Assembly: GCA_965248695.1 (NCBI GenBank)
Contig: CBDFKD010000002.1
Span: forward strand, 3,136,001 to 3,200,000
Direction: 5' to 3'
Length of the DNA stretch: 64,000 nucleotides
Source of the DNA: Acidobacteriota bacterium
GTDB lineage: Bacteria > Acidobacteriota > UBA890 > WLXD01
Of this stretch, positions 17,260 through 26,058 are shown piece after piece (within the stretch, counting starts at the first letter, position 1; the number at the start of each line of letters is the position of its first letter). The notes beneath the pieces are model-generated. The model did not search any database and was not told the DNA's origin. It was given only the letters and a program-made list of their open reading frames with translations. The translations under genes and the position numbers were made by a program.

Positions 17260-19632
17260 GTGCTCGTTCCCGAATCGACTCAAGAACCTGTTCTGGATGA
17301 GCTGCTGCGCTGTCTGTCAGTGGCACCGCCGGAGTTCAGCTCGGTTGACGCTACGGCGATCGCGGCCGAAGCCTTCGGGTTCGCGGGAGAAGCTGAATCG
17401 CTCGGTGGGGAACGCGATCAGAACTTCTTGCTCACCGGTGTCGATGATCGGCGCGTCCTCAAGATTGGCAACCGGGCGGATTCGACCGCGCTGATCGACC
17501 TCCAGTGCACGGTTCTGCAGCGGCTCGCAGCGCTGGCGCCGGAGCTGCCCGTGCCACGTTTGTTCGAGGCCAACACGGGCGCCCCCCGGATCGATGTGCT
17601 CGACGACCAGGGCCGCTCGCACCACGTCCGATTGCTCAGCTACTTGCCGGGCATGCTGGTCGGGGACGCACCCGACGATCCGCGGCTAATGCACCAGTTG
17701 GGCGCCGTCACGGCCAAGATCGACGTCGGCCTGCGCGGGCTGTTTCATACTGCCGCGGACCATCCGCTAGCCTGGGATATCAAGCGGGCAGGCCGGATCG
17801 GCGAGCTGGCGGGCGGAATTGCCGATGACCGACATCGGGCGTTGGCAGAAGCTGCGTTCGAGGCCTTCGATCGCACCGCGGCGCCGCGGCTGAACAGCTT
17901 GCGCGCCCAGATCATTCACAACGACGTCTCGTTCCATAACGCGCTGGTTGATCCCGATCGCCCCTGGAGCGTCGCCGGTGTCTACGACTTCGGCGACGTG
18001 ATCTACGCCCCGCTGATTCAGGATCTCGCCATCGCGGCGGCGGAGATCCCGGCCAGCCGTAAGGGCGAGCTAGCGCTGAGTGCGCGGATCGTCGCGGGGT
18101 ATCACTCGGTCACGCCGTTGGAGCCGATCGAGATCGAGCTGCTGCCGGTACTGGCAGCCACCCGGCTGGCGATGTGGCTCGCGATCGATTCGTGGAAGCC
18201 GTTCCCGGATGAGCGCGATCACTACGACGACTCCGAAGAGGAACTCGCCCGCTCACTCGAGGTCATGCAGGCCGCTGGTCATGAAGAAGTAGCGCATCTG
18301 TATCGAAGCGCCTGCGGGACGTCCCCGACGACGATGACGGTGCCGGAGGAGATGGACACGACGGCTTTGCAGCAGCGACGGGCTGCACGCCTCGGCAGCG
18401 GCTACGAGCTGTCGTACGAGACACCGGTCCACACGGTGCGCGGAGAGGGTGTGTGGCTGTACGGCCCTGACGAGACCGCCTATCTGGACTGCTACAACAA
18501 TGTCCCGCAGGTGGGGCACTGCCATCCGAGCGTGGTGAGCGCAATCGCACGTCAGGCGGCGACGCTGAACACCAACACGCGCTACTTGTACGAGCAGATT
18601 GTCGCGTTCGGCGATCGATTGGTGGCGACGCTGCCCGATGAGCTCGAAGTGTGCATGCTGGTTTCGTCGGGGAGCGAGGCCAACGACCTGGCGTGGCGCA
18701 TCGCCACCACCTGTACTGGGCACAGCGGAGCCCTGGTAACACGCAACGCGTATCACGGTGTGACCCAGGTCACTCACGATCTGTCACCTTCGGGCCGCGA
18801 CGATGATCTGGCCGCCTATGTCGAGACCATCGAGCCGCCCGACGATTACCGCGGTCGATGGCGTAGAGACGACCCGGATCGCGGCGCGAAGTTCGCCGCC
18901 GACGCCGATACGGCCATCGATCGCCTGGGTGCCAAGGGTCACGAGCCCGCGATGTTCCTCGTTGACACGGCCCTCAGCAGCGACGGGATCTTGGAAATCC
19001 CGGCCGGGTTCCTGTCGGGTGTCTTCGACCGGGTGCGCGCTGCCGGGGGCCTGTGCGTTGCCGACGAGGTCCAAGCGGGTTTCGGGCGCACCGGAAAGCA
19101 CATGTGGGGCTTCGAGGTAGACGGTGTGGTCCCCGACATCGTCACGCTCGGCAAGCCAATCGGCAACGGTCACCCCATTGGCGCGGTGGTGACGCGGCGA
19201 GAGCTGGCAGAGGAGTTCCAGAATACCAGCGACTTCTTCAGCACCACTGGCGGCAACCCGGTGTCGTGCGCCGCGGCGACGGCCGTCTTGGATGTGATCG
19301 AGGACGAAGAGCTGCAGGAGAACGCTCAGCGCGTCGGCGCCGAGTTGCGCACGGCCTTGGAAGAACTGGCGCAGCGTCACGCGGTGATCGGAGACGTACG
19401 CGGCGCGGGGCTGTTCATCGGTGTGGAGCTGGTGCTCGACCGAAGCACACAAGAGCCGGCGCCGATGGAAACACATCGGGTGGTGAACCAGCTGCGCGAG
19501 CGCGGCGTGCTGGTCGGACGCGAAGGTCCGCACGGCAACGTGCTGAAGATCCGTCCCCCGATCGTCTTCGCATCAAGTCACGTCAAGCAACTGGTGGCGA
19601 CGCTCGATGCGGTCCTCGATTCGATGGCCTGA
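17260..19632 (+). CDS. Aminoglycoside-phosphotransferase-like kinase fused to class III aminotransferase-fold enzyme (hydroxylysine kinase/phospho-lyase type)
   Basis: GERDQNF, HNDVSFHN, YDFGD in the N-terminal part; YLDCYNNV, ADEVQAGFGR, VTLGKPIGNG in the C-terminal part. Confidence 0.88.
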   Translation: MLVPESTQEPVLDELLRCLSVAPPEFSSVDATAIAAEAFGFAGEAESLGGERDQNFLLTGVDDRRVLKIGNRADSTALIDLQCTVLQRLAALAPELPVPRLFEANTGAPRIDVLDDQGRSHHVRLLSYLPGMLVGDAPDDPRLMHQLGAVTAKIDVGLRGLFHTAADHPLAWDIKRAGRIGELAGGIADDRHRALAEAAFEAFDRTAAPRLNSLRAQIIHNDVSFHNALVDPDRPWSVAGVYDFGDVIYAPLIQDLAIAAAEIPASRKGELALSARIVAGYHSVTPLEPIEIELLPVLAATRLAMWLAIDSWKPFPDERDHYDDSEEELARSLEVMQAAGHEEVAHLYRSACGTSPTTMTVPEEMDTTALQQRRAARLGSGYELSYETPVHTVRGEGVWLYGPDETAYLDCYNNVPQVGHCHPSVVSAIARQAATLNTNTRYLYEQIVAFGDRLVATLPDELEVCMLVSSGSEANDLAWRIATTCTGHSGALVTRNAYHGVTQVTHDLSPSGRDDDLAAYVETIEPPDDYRGRWRRDDPDRGAKFAADADTAIDRLGAKGHEPAMFLVDTALSSDGILEIPAGFLSGVFDRVRAAGGLCVADEVQAGFGRTGKHMWGFEVDGVVPDIVTLGKPIGNGHPIGAVVTRRELAEEFQNTSDFFSTTGGNPVSCAAATAVLDVIEDEELQENAQRVGAELRTALEELAQRHAVIGDVRGAGLFIGVELVLDRSTQEPAPMETHRVVNQLRERGVLVGREGPHGNVLKIRPPIVFASSHVKQLVATLDAVLDSMA

Positions 19633-19806
19633 GCATCTCGGGTTTGTCGCTCTCGGCAGCCTTGCGCCGCATCTGGTTGATATGCCAGGGTCCGGCATCG
19701 ATGGGCTGAGAACTCTAGAGAGAGTCTCGCGCGAGGTCAGAGTACCGGTGCGCGATCAACCCGTGGACACCCGCACGGGGTGAATCATCTGATCGGAGGC
19801 AAGCGA

Positions 19807-20496
19807 ATGAGCCGCAAGCAACTCGCAAAGTTCTTGGTGATCGGACTGGCAGTGCTGGCGGTGGCGGTCCAGATCACGGCAGTTCGGGCGATCGCGCAGC
19901 AGGAGGAAGAGCCGGAATCGATGGGTTTCTTCATCACCAGCGTTGGTCCAGGCAATGGCGCCAACCTCGGAGGCCTGTCGGGAGCGGATGCTCATTGCCA
20001 GTCGCTCGCCGAGGCAGTGGGCGCCGACAACCGAACCTGGAGGGCGTACCTGAGCGCCCAGGCGGCGGGCGGCCAGCCGGCCGTGAACGCACGTGACCGG
20101 ATCGGCGTCGGGCCCTGGGCCAACTCCGAGGGGCTCGTGATCGCGACCGATGTCGACGAGCTGCACTACAACAATTCCGCCATCCGCTACGAGTACGCGC
20201 TCAACGAGCGCGGCGAGCGGGTGAACTCCGGGGCGTCGGGCGACTCACCGAGCATGCACGACATCCTGACCGGGTCGGGGCTCTACGGCACCGCCTTTCC
20301 GCCCGGTGAGGATCGCACCTGCGGCAACTGGACAAGCAGCGGCGAGGGCAGCGCGATGCTGGGACATCACGACCGCTTCCGCTTCACCACGCCGGGTAGC
20401 CCGTGGAACATGGCGCATCCGTCGCGCGGCTGCAGCCAGGAGGATCTGGTGGCTACCGGAGGAAACGGGCTCTTCTACTGCTTTGCCGCTGAGTAG
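19807..20496 (+). CDS. Exported lectin-fold (DUF1554/endostatin-like) protein
   Basis: Signal peptide; NLGGLSGADAHCQ, WRAYLS, ARDRIG, CGNWTS, GLFYCFA. Confidence 0.8.
   Translation: MSRKQLAKFLVIGLAVLAVAVQITAVRAIAQQEEEPESMGFFITSVGPGNGANLGGLSGADAHCQSLAEAVGADNRTWRAYLSAQAAGGQPAVNARDRIGVGPWANSEGLVIATDVDELHYNNSAIRYEYALNERGERVNSGASGDSPSMHDILTGSGLYGTAFPPGEDRTCGNWTSSGEGSAMLGHHDRFRFTTPGSPWNMAHPSRGCSQEDLVATGGNGLFYCFAAE
20465..20494 (+). repeat. Direct repeat copy 1 (3' end of lectin gene)
   Basis: acgggctcttctactgctttgccgctgagt; 27/30 identical to 21174-21203. Confidence 0.8.
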
Positions 20497-20501
20497 ACCG
20501 G

Positions 20502-21134
20502 GTGTCCCCGTACAAGGGCCTGAGCGCGATCAGCGACGCGTCGACGCGTGAACTCGAAGCCCTCTACGATGACTGGGCGAGTGATTACGATGCCGACCTC
20601 ACCGCCTGGGGCTATCGAGCGCCAGCCGCCGTCGCCGCCCGGCTGGCCGCCCGTGAGATCGAATCGAGTCGAACCATGCTGGATGTCGGTTGTGGCACCG
20701 GGCAGTCGGGGGCGGCCCTTCGCGCGGCGGGGTTCACGAACCTCGTAGGTATCGACCTGTCGCGACCCTCCCTTGCACGGGCGCGGGCGCGTGGCGTCTA
20801 TCGGAGCCTGAGCTGCGTTGACCTGACTCGATCCTTGCCATTCGCCGACCATCGGTTCGAGGCCGTGGCCAGCGCGGGTGTGTTCACCCACGTACTGGAT
20901 GGCCACCAGCTTCTGACCGAGCTGCTCCGGGTCGTCCGCCCAGGCGGGTCCATTGTCTTCAGCCAGCGCGATGATCTGTGGCTCGAGCGCGCGTACGAGG
21001 ATCTGCTCTCTGGTCTCGAACGCCAGGGACGCTGTTCCGTCAGCTGGTCGGAACCGGAGCCCTACGTCCCCGGCCACCCGGAGTACGGTGACAAGATCCA
21101 GGCGATCTATGTTGAGATGGAAGCGATCGCCTGA
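20502..21134 (+). CDS. Class I SAM-dependent methyltransferase
   Basis: YDDWASDYD, LDVGCGTG, GIDLS, RVVRPGG. Confidence 0.9.
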   Translation: MSPYKGLSAISDASTRELEALYDDWASDYDADLTAWGYRAPAAVAARLAAREIESSRTMLDVGCGTGQSGAALRAAGFTNLVGIDLSRPSLARARARGVYRSLSCVDLTRSLPFADHRFEAVASAGVFTHVLDGHQLLTELLRVVRPGGSIVFSQRDDLWLERAYEDLLSGLERQGRCSVSWSEPEPYVPGHPEYGDKIQAIYVEMEAIA

Positions 21135-21173
21135 AGGCCACGGCCCGGTGCCCGGGTAAGCTTGTCCGCTCGG

Positions 21174-21203
21174 ACGGGCTCCACCACTGCTTTGCCGCTG
21201 AGT
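21174..21203 (+). repeat. Direct repeat copy 2
   Basis: acgggctccaccactgctttgccgctgagt. Confidence 0.8.
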
Positions 21204-21346
21204 GAACGAATCGACATAGAGCGGCAAACGGCTGTTCAGCAATTCCTAAGGAGATCGTCAGGACTCTCTTCAGACCGGCACCTACGTTACCCGCGTCCAT
21301 TGAAGACCGGCTGGGTGCAACGCCGCTCCCGGCCATAGCGGGGAGA

Positions 21347-21796
21347 GTGTCGATGACACGATCACGTCCGAGAATCCCGAGCGCTGTCCACCGAGAGCCG
21401 ACGGCTCTCATACTCCTGCTTGCATTGCTCCCGCACGTCGCTGGATGCGCCAGCACGAGAGTGGCCAGAGTCGACCCGGCCGCGGCGACGAAGGATCAGC
21501 TCCGCGAGATCTATGGGGTCACCACGGTCAACAACGACGAGGTGCCGTTCGTGCGGCCCGGGGAGGTCAAAGACGAGACGGTCCTCGGCAACGTTGCGAT
21601 CGCCTCGTCGGGCAATCGCACGGTTGCGCGACCGTACGAGATTCCCTTGTCGGAGGTGGCACTCCTGTGGCTCGAGGACGCCGAGTCAGCTTCTGGCAGC
21701 TCGATCAGCCCGTTGGCCGCGGGAGCTATCTTGGCTGCAGTCCTTCTCACGTTAGGGCTGCTGAGCTTCGAGATCGACCTGGGGCAATCGAAGTGA
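21347..21796 (+). CDS. Hypothetical lipoprotein with C-terminal hydrophobic segment
   Basis: Lipobox VAGC; C-terminal TM-like helix. Confidence 0.6.
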   Translation: MSMTRSRPRIPSAVHREPTALILLLALLPHVAGCASTRVARVDPAAATKDQLREIYGVTTVNNDEVPFVRPGEVKDETVLGNVAIASSGNRTVARPYEIPLSEVALLWLEDAESASGSSISPLAAGAILAAVLLTLGLLSFEIDLGQSK

Positions 21797-21871
21797 CATG
21801 GCGGGTTCTAGTGCGGCGGTTATACCGAGACGGCGCGGCTGAGGCCGACCTCGTGTGTCACGCGCGTGCCC

Positions 21872-23497
21872 CTACGGAGGCCGGATCTCGTCCAGGTCGA
21901 CGGTCATCAGCACACCGGTCAGCTGCGTCATCGTGTGTGCTTGGGCCTCGAACAGCTCCTTGTTCCAGCGCTCGATGCCGGACGCAGTCGTCCAGTAGAG
22001 GCCGAGAAACCCGCCGAGGCCGAAGCCGGGCAGGTCGAGGCACTGCCGGCAGTCGCGTAGCGCGCGGGATCCAACACCCCACCACACCTGTTGCAGGCCG
22101 CCGTTGATGCCTGGGCGCTCGGGTGCCACCACCTGCACTCGCTCCCATCCGTGTTCTTGGGCGGCAGCGATGGCGGCGTCGATGAGCACCGGGTTGTTGC
22201 GCGACCAGAGGTACGACTGCTCGGCGAGCCCGACCGGCTCCACAACACCGTCAACCTCACGGTAGTCCATCTCGCCCATGTGCTCGGTCTGGATGAGGCC
22301 CACCAGAGGCTCCTTCGCCTCGGGGTTGCGCACCAGCCAGCTGACATCGTGGGAGGCGCGCTCCTGCCCCGGGTAGTAGTGGCGGTTGTCGAGGAAGACG
22401 GTGAGGGTGCGCGGCCGGTGCTGCTGCGAGATGTTGGAGAAGTACTTGACGATCGCCAACAGCCCTAGGGCGCCGTTGTCCTGGGTGATCGACGGTCCGT
22501 CGGTGTGGTTGATCAGCAGTATCTGCTCGTCGGCGAGGGTGCCGTAGTCGCGACCCGGAAGGTAGGCGATCGTCTGGTAGGCCTCGGACTCCTCGACCGT
22601 GGCCTCGAGCCGCAGGGTCGCGGTCTTGCCCGCCTTAGCGTCGGCGATCACCTTGGCACCGTCCTCGCGGCTCAGCTGCAGCCCGGGTAGCTGGTACAGG
22701 GGCGGTATCGGCCGCGCCAGCAGTCCCTCGGTGCGTTCGAAGGCCATGTCGTAGACGATCACATGGCCCGCGGCACCGCCGTCCCTGGCGATCTCCCAGA
22801 GGCGCTGCCGCAGCTGCCACCAGATGTCGAAGGTGATGGAGAACTCCGGCGGCACAAACTCGAACAGCTCCCAGTAGGTGTCGTCGTCAGCGCGCCACTC
22901 ATAGTCGTTGAAGGTGAAGTTGACGATGTAGTTGTCGTCGTACGGGGGCTCGGGGTGCGGCCGCGTCGGGATCACCACGATCTTGCCCTCGATCGACTCC
23001 GGCGGATCGTCGTGGTCGTAGTAGACCAGCTCCGCTGTGATGCCCTCCGGGCCCGTGCTGCCGGAGTTCATGGCGTAGTGGGCCACGCGTACCGGGTCTC
23101 CGTCCGATACCAGCGACCAGCCGCTGCTGTCCCTGGTAGTCGACCAACGGTCGTACATCCAACTATTGCGGTGCATATCGACGACGCCGTACTCCAGCAG
23201 CTTGGCCTCCAGGAACCGGACGTAGTTGTTCCACTTGGGGCTACCGGTCATCGCTGGCAGGTTGGCGTCCTTCACCAGCGCCCACTCGTAGCCTTCGTCG
23301 GCGGTCACTGCCCACGCCAGGTCGACGCTGGTGAACTTGTCTTCGTACGGGCTCCCGGCCGCGCTGCAGCCGACGAGCGGCGACATGGCAAGCGCGATAG
23401 CCAGAGCCGGTACGAACACGTAGGGAAGTCCGGATCTCGGCGGGCTCAGGCGCTGATCAGGCGTCGGATTGGACACGGGATTCGAATGCGCCTCCAT
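21872..23497 (-). CDS. Lipoprotein, M28-peptidase-like fold with PA-like insert
   Basis: Lipobox LVGC; GITAELVY and IEGKIVV (PA-like); NHTDG, QDNG, EHMG metal-ligand-like motifs. Confidence 0.65.
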   Translation of the reverse strand: MEAHSNPVSNPTPDQRLSPPRSGLPYVFVPALAIALAMSPLVGCSAAGSPYEDKFTSVDLAWAVTADEGYEWALVKDANLPAMTGSPKWNNYVRFLEAKLLEYGVVDMHRNSWMYDRWSTTRDSSGWSLVSDGDPVRVAHYAMNSGSTGPEGITAELVYYDHDDPPESIEGKIVVIPTRPHPEPPYDDNYIVNFTFNDYEWRADDDTYWELFEFVPPEFSITFDIWWQLRQRLWEIARDGGAAGHVIVYDMAFERTEGLLARPIPPLYQLPGLQLSREDGAKVIADAKAGKTATLRLEATVEESEAYQTIAYLPGRDYGTLADEQILLINHTDGPSITQDNGALGLLAIVKYFSNISQQHRPRTLTVFLDNRHYYPGQERASHDVSWLVRNPEAKEPLVGLIQTEHMGEMDYREVDGVVEPVGLAEQSYLWSRNNPVLIDAAIAAAQEHGWERVQVVAPERPGINGGLQQVWWGVGSRALRDCRQCLDLPGFGLGGFLGLYWTTASGIERWNKELFEAQAHTMTQLTGVLMTVDLDEIRPP

Positions 23498-23529
23498 GCG
23501 CTCCTGTCTCGGTGCGGAGTAGGGTTTCC

Positions 23530-24009
23530 TCAGCGGCTATCCGATCTGGAGGAGGAGGTGTGGCCGCCCACGATTCGCCAGCCGGTCGACCCCTTCTCGA
23601 GCACGAACGAGATCATGCCGCCGAATTCGTAGGCCGACGGGCCTTCCCCGATCACCGTGCGGAACCCCATGGACGCGCTGGCGCCAGACGCGCCGACCGG
23701 AGCGATCACGGTGCGATCGTACTCGGCGTGGATCACGAGGTCGCCCGACAGTGCGCCAAGCGCTGCTACGACTTCGTCGGGTGAGCGGTATCGGACGCTG
23801 CCGTCCTCGATCCACTGGAAGCGGCCATCGTCGACGTACATGGCTCGCAGTGCCGTCGTGTCGCGCGTCTCGATCGCCAGACGATAGGACTCCAGGAATC
23901 GCGTCAGTTGGTCGTCGATACCGTCGGTGATGGGCCGCGGCGCTTCCTCTATGTTGCCGCAGGCCAGAATACCGAGGACGAGAGCGGCCGGGAGCATCTT
24001 CTTAGTCAT
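23530..24009 (-). CDS. NTF2/SnoaL-like (DUF4440) lipoprotein
   Basis: Lipobox ILAC; C-terminal GWRIVGGHTS. Confidence 0.75.
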   Translation of the reverse strand: MTKKMLPAALVLGILACGNIEEAPRPITDGIDDQLTRFLESYRLAIETRDTTALRAMYVDDGRFQWIEDGSVRYRSPDEVVAALGALSGDLVIHAEYDRTVIAPVGASGASASMGFRTVIGEGPSAYEFGGMISFVLEKGSTGWRIVGGHTSSSRSDSR

Positions 24010-24282
24010 GTGGGGTCCTCGCCCGGGCGCACTCGCCATCTGGCTGGCACGACCACCGAGCCTGGGGTCCCCGCATAGTCCATGAACCTGTGGGCCATTG
24101 CAAAGAACCCGTCCGCGCGGACGTCGCCGTCGAGGCAATCCTTCGCATCGTCGGCGAGAGCCAGCCCTGACGGAGGCGCCTCGTATTCGACCTCACGCCG
24201 CGCACCTGCCGCAGACTGTCGTTCCAAGCGCTCGACGTGGGATGAACCCAGACGAAGTGTCGACGCCCGGCGAGCTTGTGGT

Positions 24283-24318
24283 TTAGTCTAGGCTAACTTC
24301 TGGATTAGCCTTGATAAA
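24283..24318. promoter_or_regulatory. Tandem DtxR/MntR-like operator boxes
   Basis: TTAG-TCTAGG-CTAA (24283-24296) and degenerate TTAG-CCTTGA-TAAA (24305-24318) in an AT-rich patch upstream of the porin. Confidence 0.5.
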
Positions 24319-24427
24319 CTTACAAGAACCGATCTCGGCGCGGTGGGATCTGCCCAATGAAAACCAATGCCAGGAAACTGCCAGGAACTGAGCCTTCGCA
24401 GAACTCGAACTTTGGTCAGGGGACCTC

Positions 24428-25564
24428 ATGAGGATCCTTCGTGTCGGCCTCGTGCTGGCGCCGCTACTGCTTGCCGGAACGGCGTATGCGCAGGGCAACT
24501 CCAGCGCTAGTACGTCCCAGACAGGGCCGATCTCCGGCTACATGGAGATGCACTACAACCGGCCGATCGGCGATCCGTTCGCCCCGCCGATGCTGGACTT
24601 CCACCGCTTCGTCCTGTTGGTGTCGCATCGTTTCAGCGACCGCATCCATTTTTTTGGCGAGATCGAGCTCGAGCACAGCATCGTCGAGGGGCTGGAGGAG
24701 AAGGGCGAGCTCGAGCTGGAGCAGGCGTACGTCGATTTCCTGGTGACACCCGAGCTGAACTTTCGCGCCGGGATGATGCTGGCGCCCATGGGGATCATCA
24801 ACGAGCGCCACGAGCCGCCGACGTTCTATGGCGTCGAGCGGCCCTTCGTCGACACGTTCATCATTCCGACGACCTGGTTCGATGTCGGCGCCGGGATCCA
24901 CGGCACGATCGGCGGCAACCTTCGCTATCGCGCCTATGTCATGGCACCCCTCGATTCGGTCGAGTTCTCCGCCGAGGAGGGGTTCCGCGGCGCGGCGCAG
25001 AACGGCAGCAACGCGCAAGCCCGTCGTATGGCGATAACCGGACGCCTAGAGTACGTCGGGTTCCGTGGTCTGACGCTCGGCGCCAGCTTCTGGCAGGGCG
25101 ACAGCAGCGTCACCCTGGTGCGCCTCGAAACTCCCACCTCGATGATCGCCGCCGACGCGCGCTATCGGCGCGGGCGCTTCGAAGGTCGCGTTCAGTACGC
25201 TCACGGATTCGTGGGGAACGCGGCCGAGTTGAACGACGCGGTGTTCCGACTGACCGGCGTCGATCCCAACGTCGGGAGTCAGATTCGTGGGTTCTACCTC
25301 GAGGGGGCATACAGCGTCCTGCCGCGCGACTTCCCGCACGAGCTCGGTCTGTTCGTACGCTACGAGGACTTCGACACCCAGTTCCGCATGGACCAGGGCA
25401 ACGTGATGCTGCCCGAATTCGACCGCGACGCGTGGGTCGTCGGCGCCAACTACTGGCTGGACCCCGACGTGGTCTTGAAGGTCGACTACTCGCACGTACG
25501 ATCGCACAGCGACGTCCTTGGTGGACCGCGTTCGCTCAACCTCGGAATCGGATGGTGGTTCTGA
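24428..25564 (+). CDS. Outer-membrane porin (OprO/P-like beta-barrel)
   Basis: Signal peptide; DFHRFVL, EIELEH, ELEQAYVDF, NERHEPPTF; terminal GIGWWF. Confidence 0.85.
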   Translation: MRILRVGLVLAPLLLAGTAYAQGNSSASTSQTGPISGYMEMHYNRPIGDPFAPPMLDFHRFVLLVSHRFSDRIHFFGEIELEHSIVEGLEEKGELELEQAYVDFLVTPELNFRAGMMLAPMGIINERHEPPTFYGVERPFVDTFIIPTTWFDVGAGIHGTIGGNLRYRAYVMAPLDSVEFSAEEGFRGAAQNGSNAQARRMAITGRLEYVGFRGLTLGASFWQGDSSVTLVRLETPTSMIAADARYRRGRFEGRVQYAHGFVGNAAELNDAVFRLTGVDPNVGSQIRGFYLEGAYSVLPRDFPHELGLFVRYEDFDTQFRMDQGNVMLPEFDRDAWVVGANYWLDPDVVLKVDYSHVRSHSDVLGGPRSLNLGIGWWF

Positions 25565-26058
25565 TGAAGAGGCACGCCACGATGCGTTGTTCGGTGATCC
25601 TGTGTGGCGTCTTGCTCTGCGCGCCAGTGCAGCCGGGGCCAACCCACCCGACTCCAGATCAGCCGCCTCACGTCGAGCCGTTCCGCGCTCACCCGATCGC
25701 ACGGCAGGACGCAGCCGATCAGCCCGAGCCTGACCGAGTGGTCGAGATCGTCATCGAGCGTTTCCTGTTCACGCCCTCCAAGGTCACCATCGAGGCCGGC
25801 ACCACGGTGGAGTTCCGACTCACGAGCGAGGACACCGACCACGGGTTCCGCATCGTCGGCCCCGGAGACACCGACATCGACGTAGACATTCCGAAGCGCA
25901 ATCGCGGCACGGCGAGCGTGTACTTCGCGCCCACCGAGCCGGGCGAGTATCGCTTCGAGTGCTCGCGCATCTGCGGCGCCGGTCATCTCTACATGAGCGG
26001 CGTCATCGAGGTAACGGCGGCTTCCTCCGAGACCCCGGCGGAAAGAGGCTCCCGGTGA
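25564..26058 (+). CDS. Exported cupredoxin with CuA (COX II-type) site
   Basis: DTDHGF and CSRICGAGHLYM; signal peptide; no other TM helix. Confidence 0.85.
   Translation: MKRHATMRCSVILCGVLLCAPVQPGPTHPTPDQPPHVEPFRAHPIARQDAADQPEPDRVVEIVIERFLFTPSKVTIEAGTTVEFRLTSEDTDHGFRIVGPGDTDIDVDIPKRNRGTASVYFAPTEPGEYRFECSRICGAGHLYMSGVIEVTAASSETPAERGSR

Noticed and set aside
24006-24270. Short minus-strand ORF, possibly a methyltransferase C-terminal remnant
   Set aside because: No recognisable motif strong enough to call.
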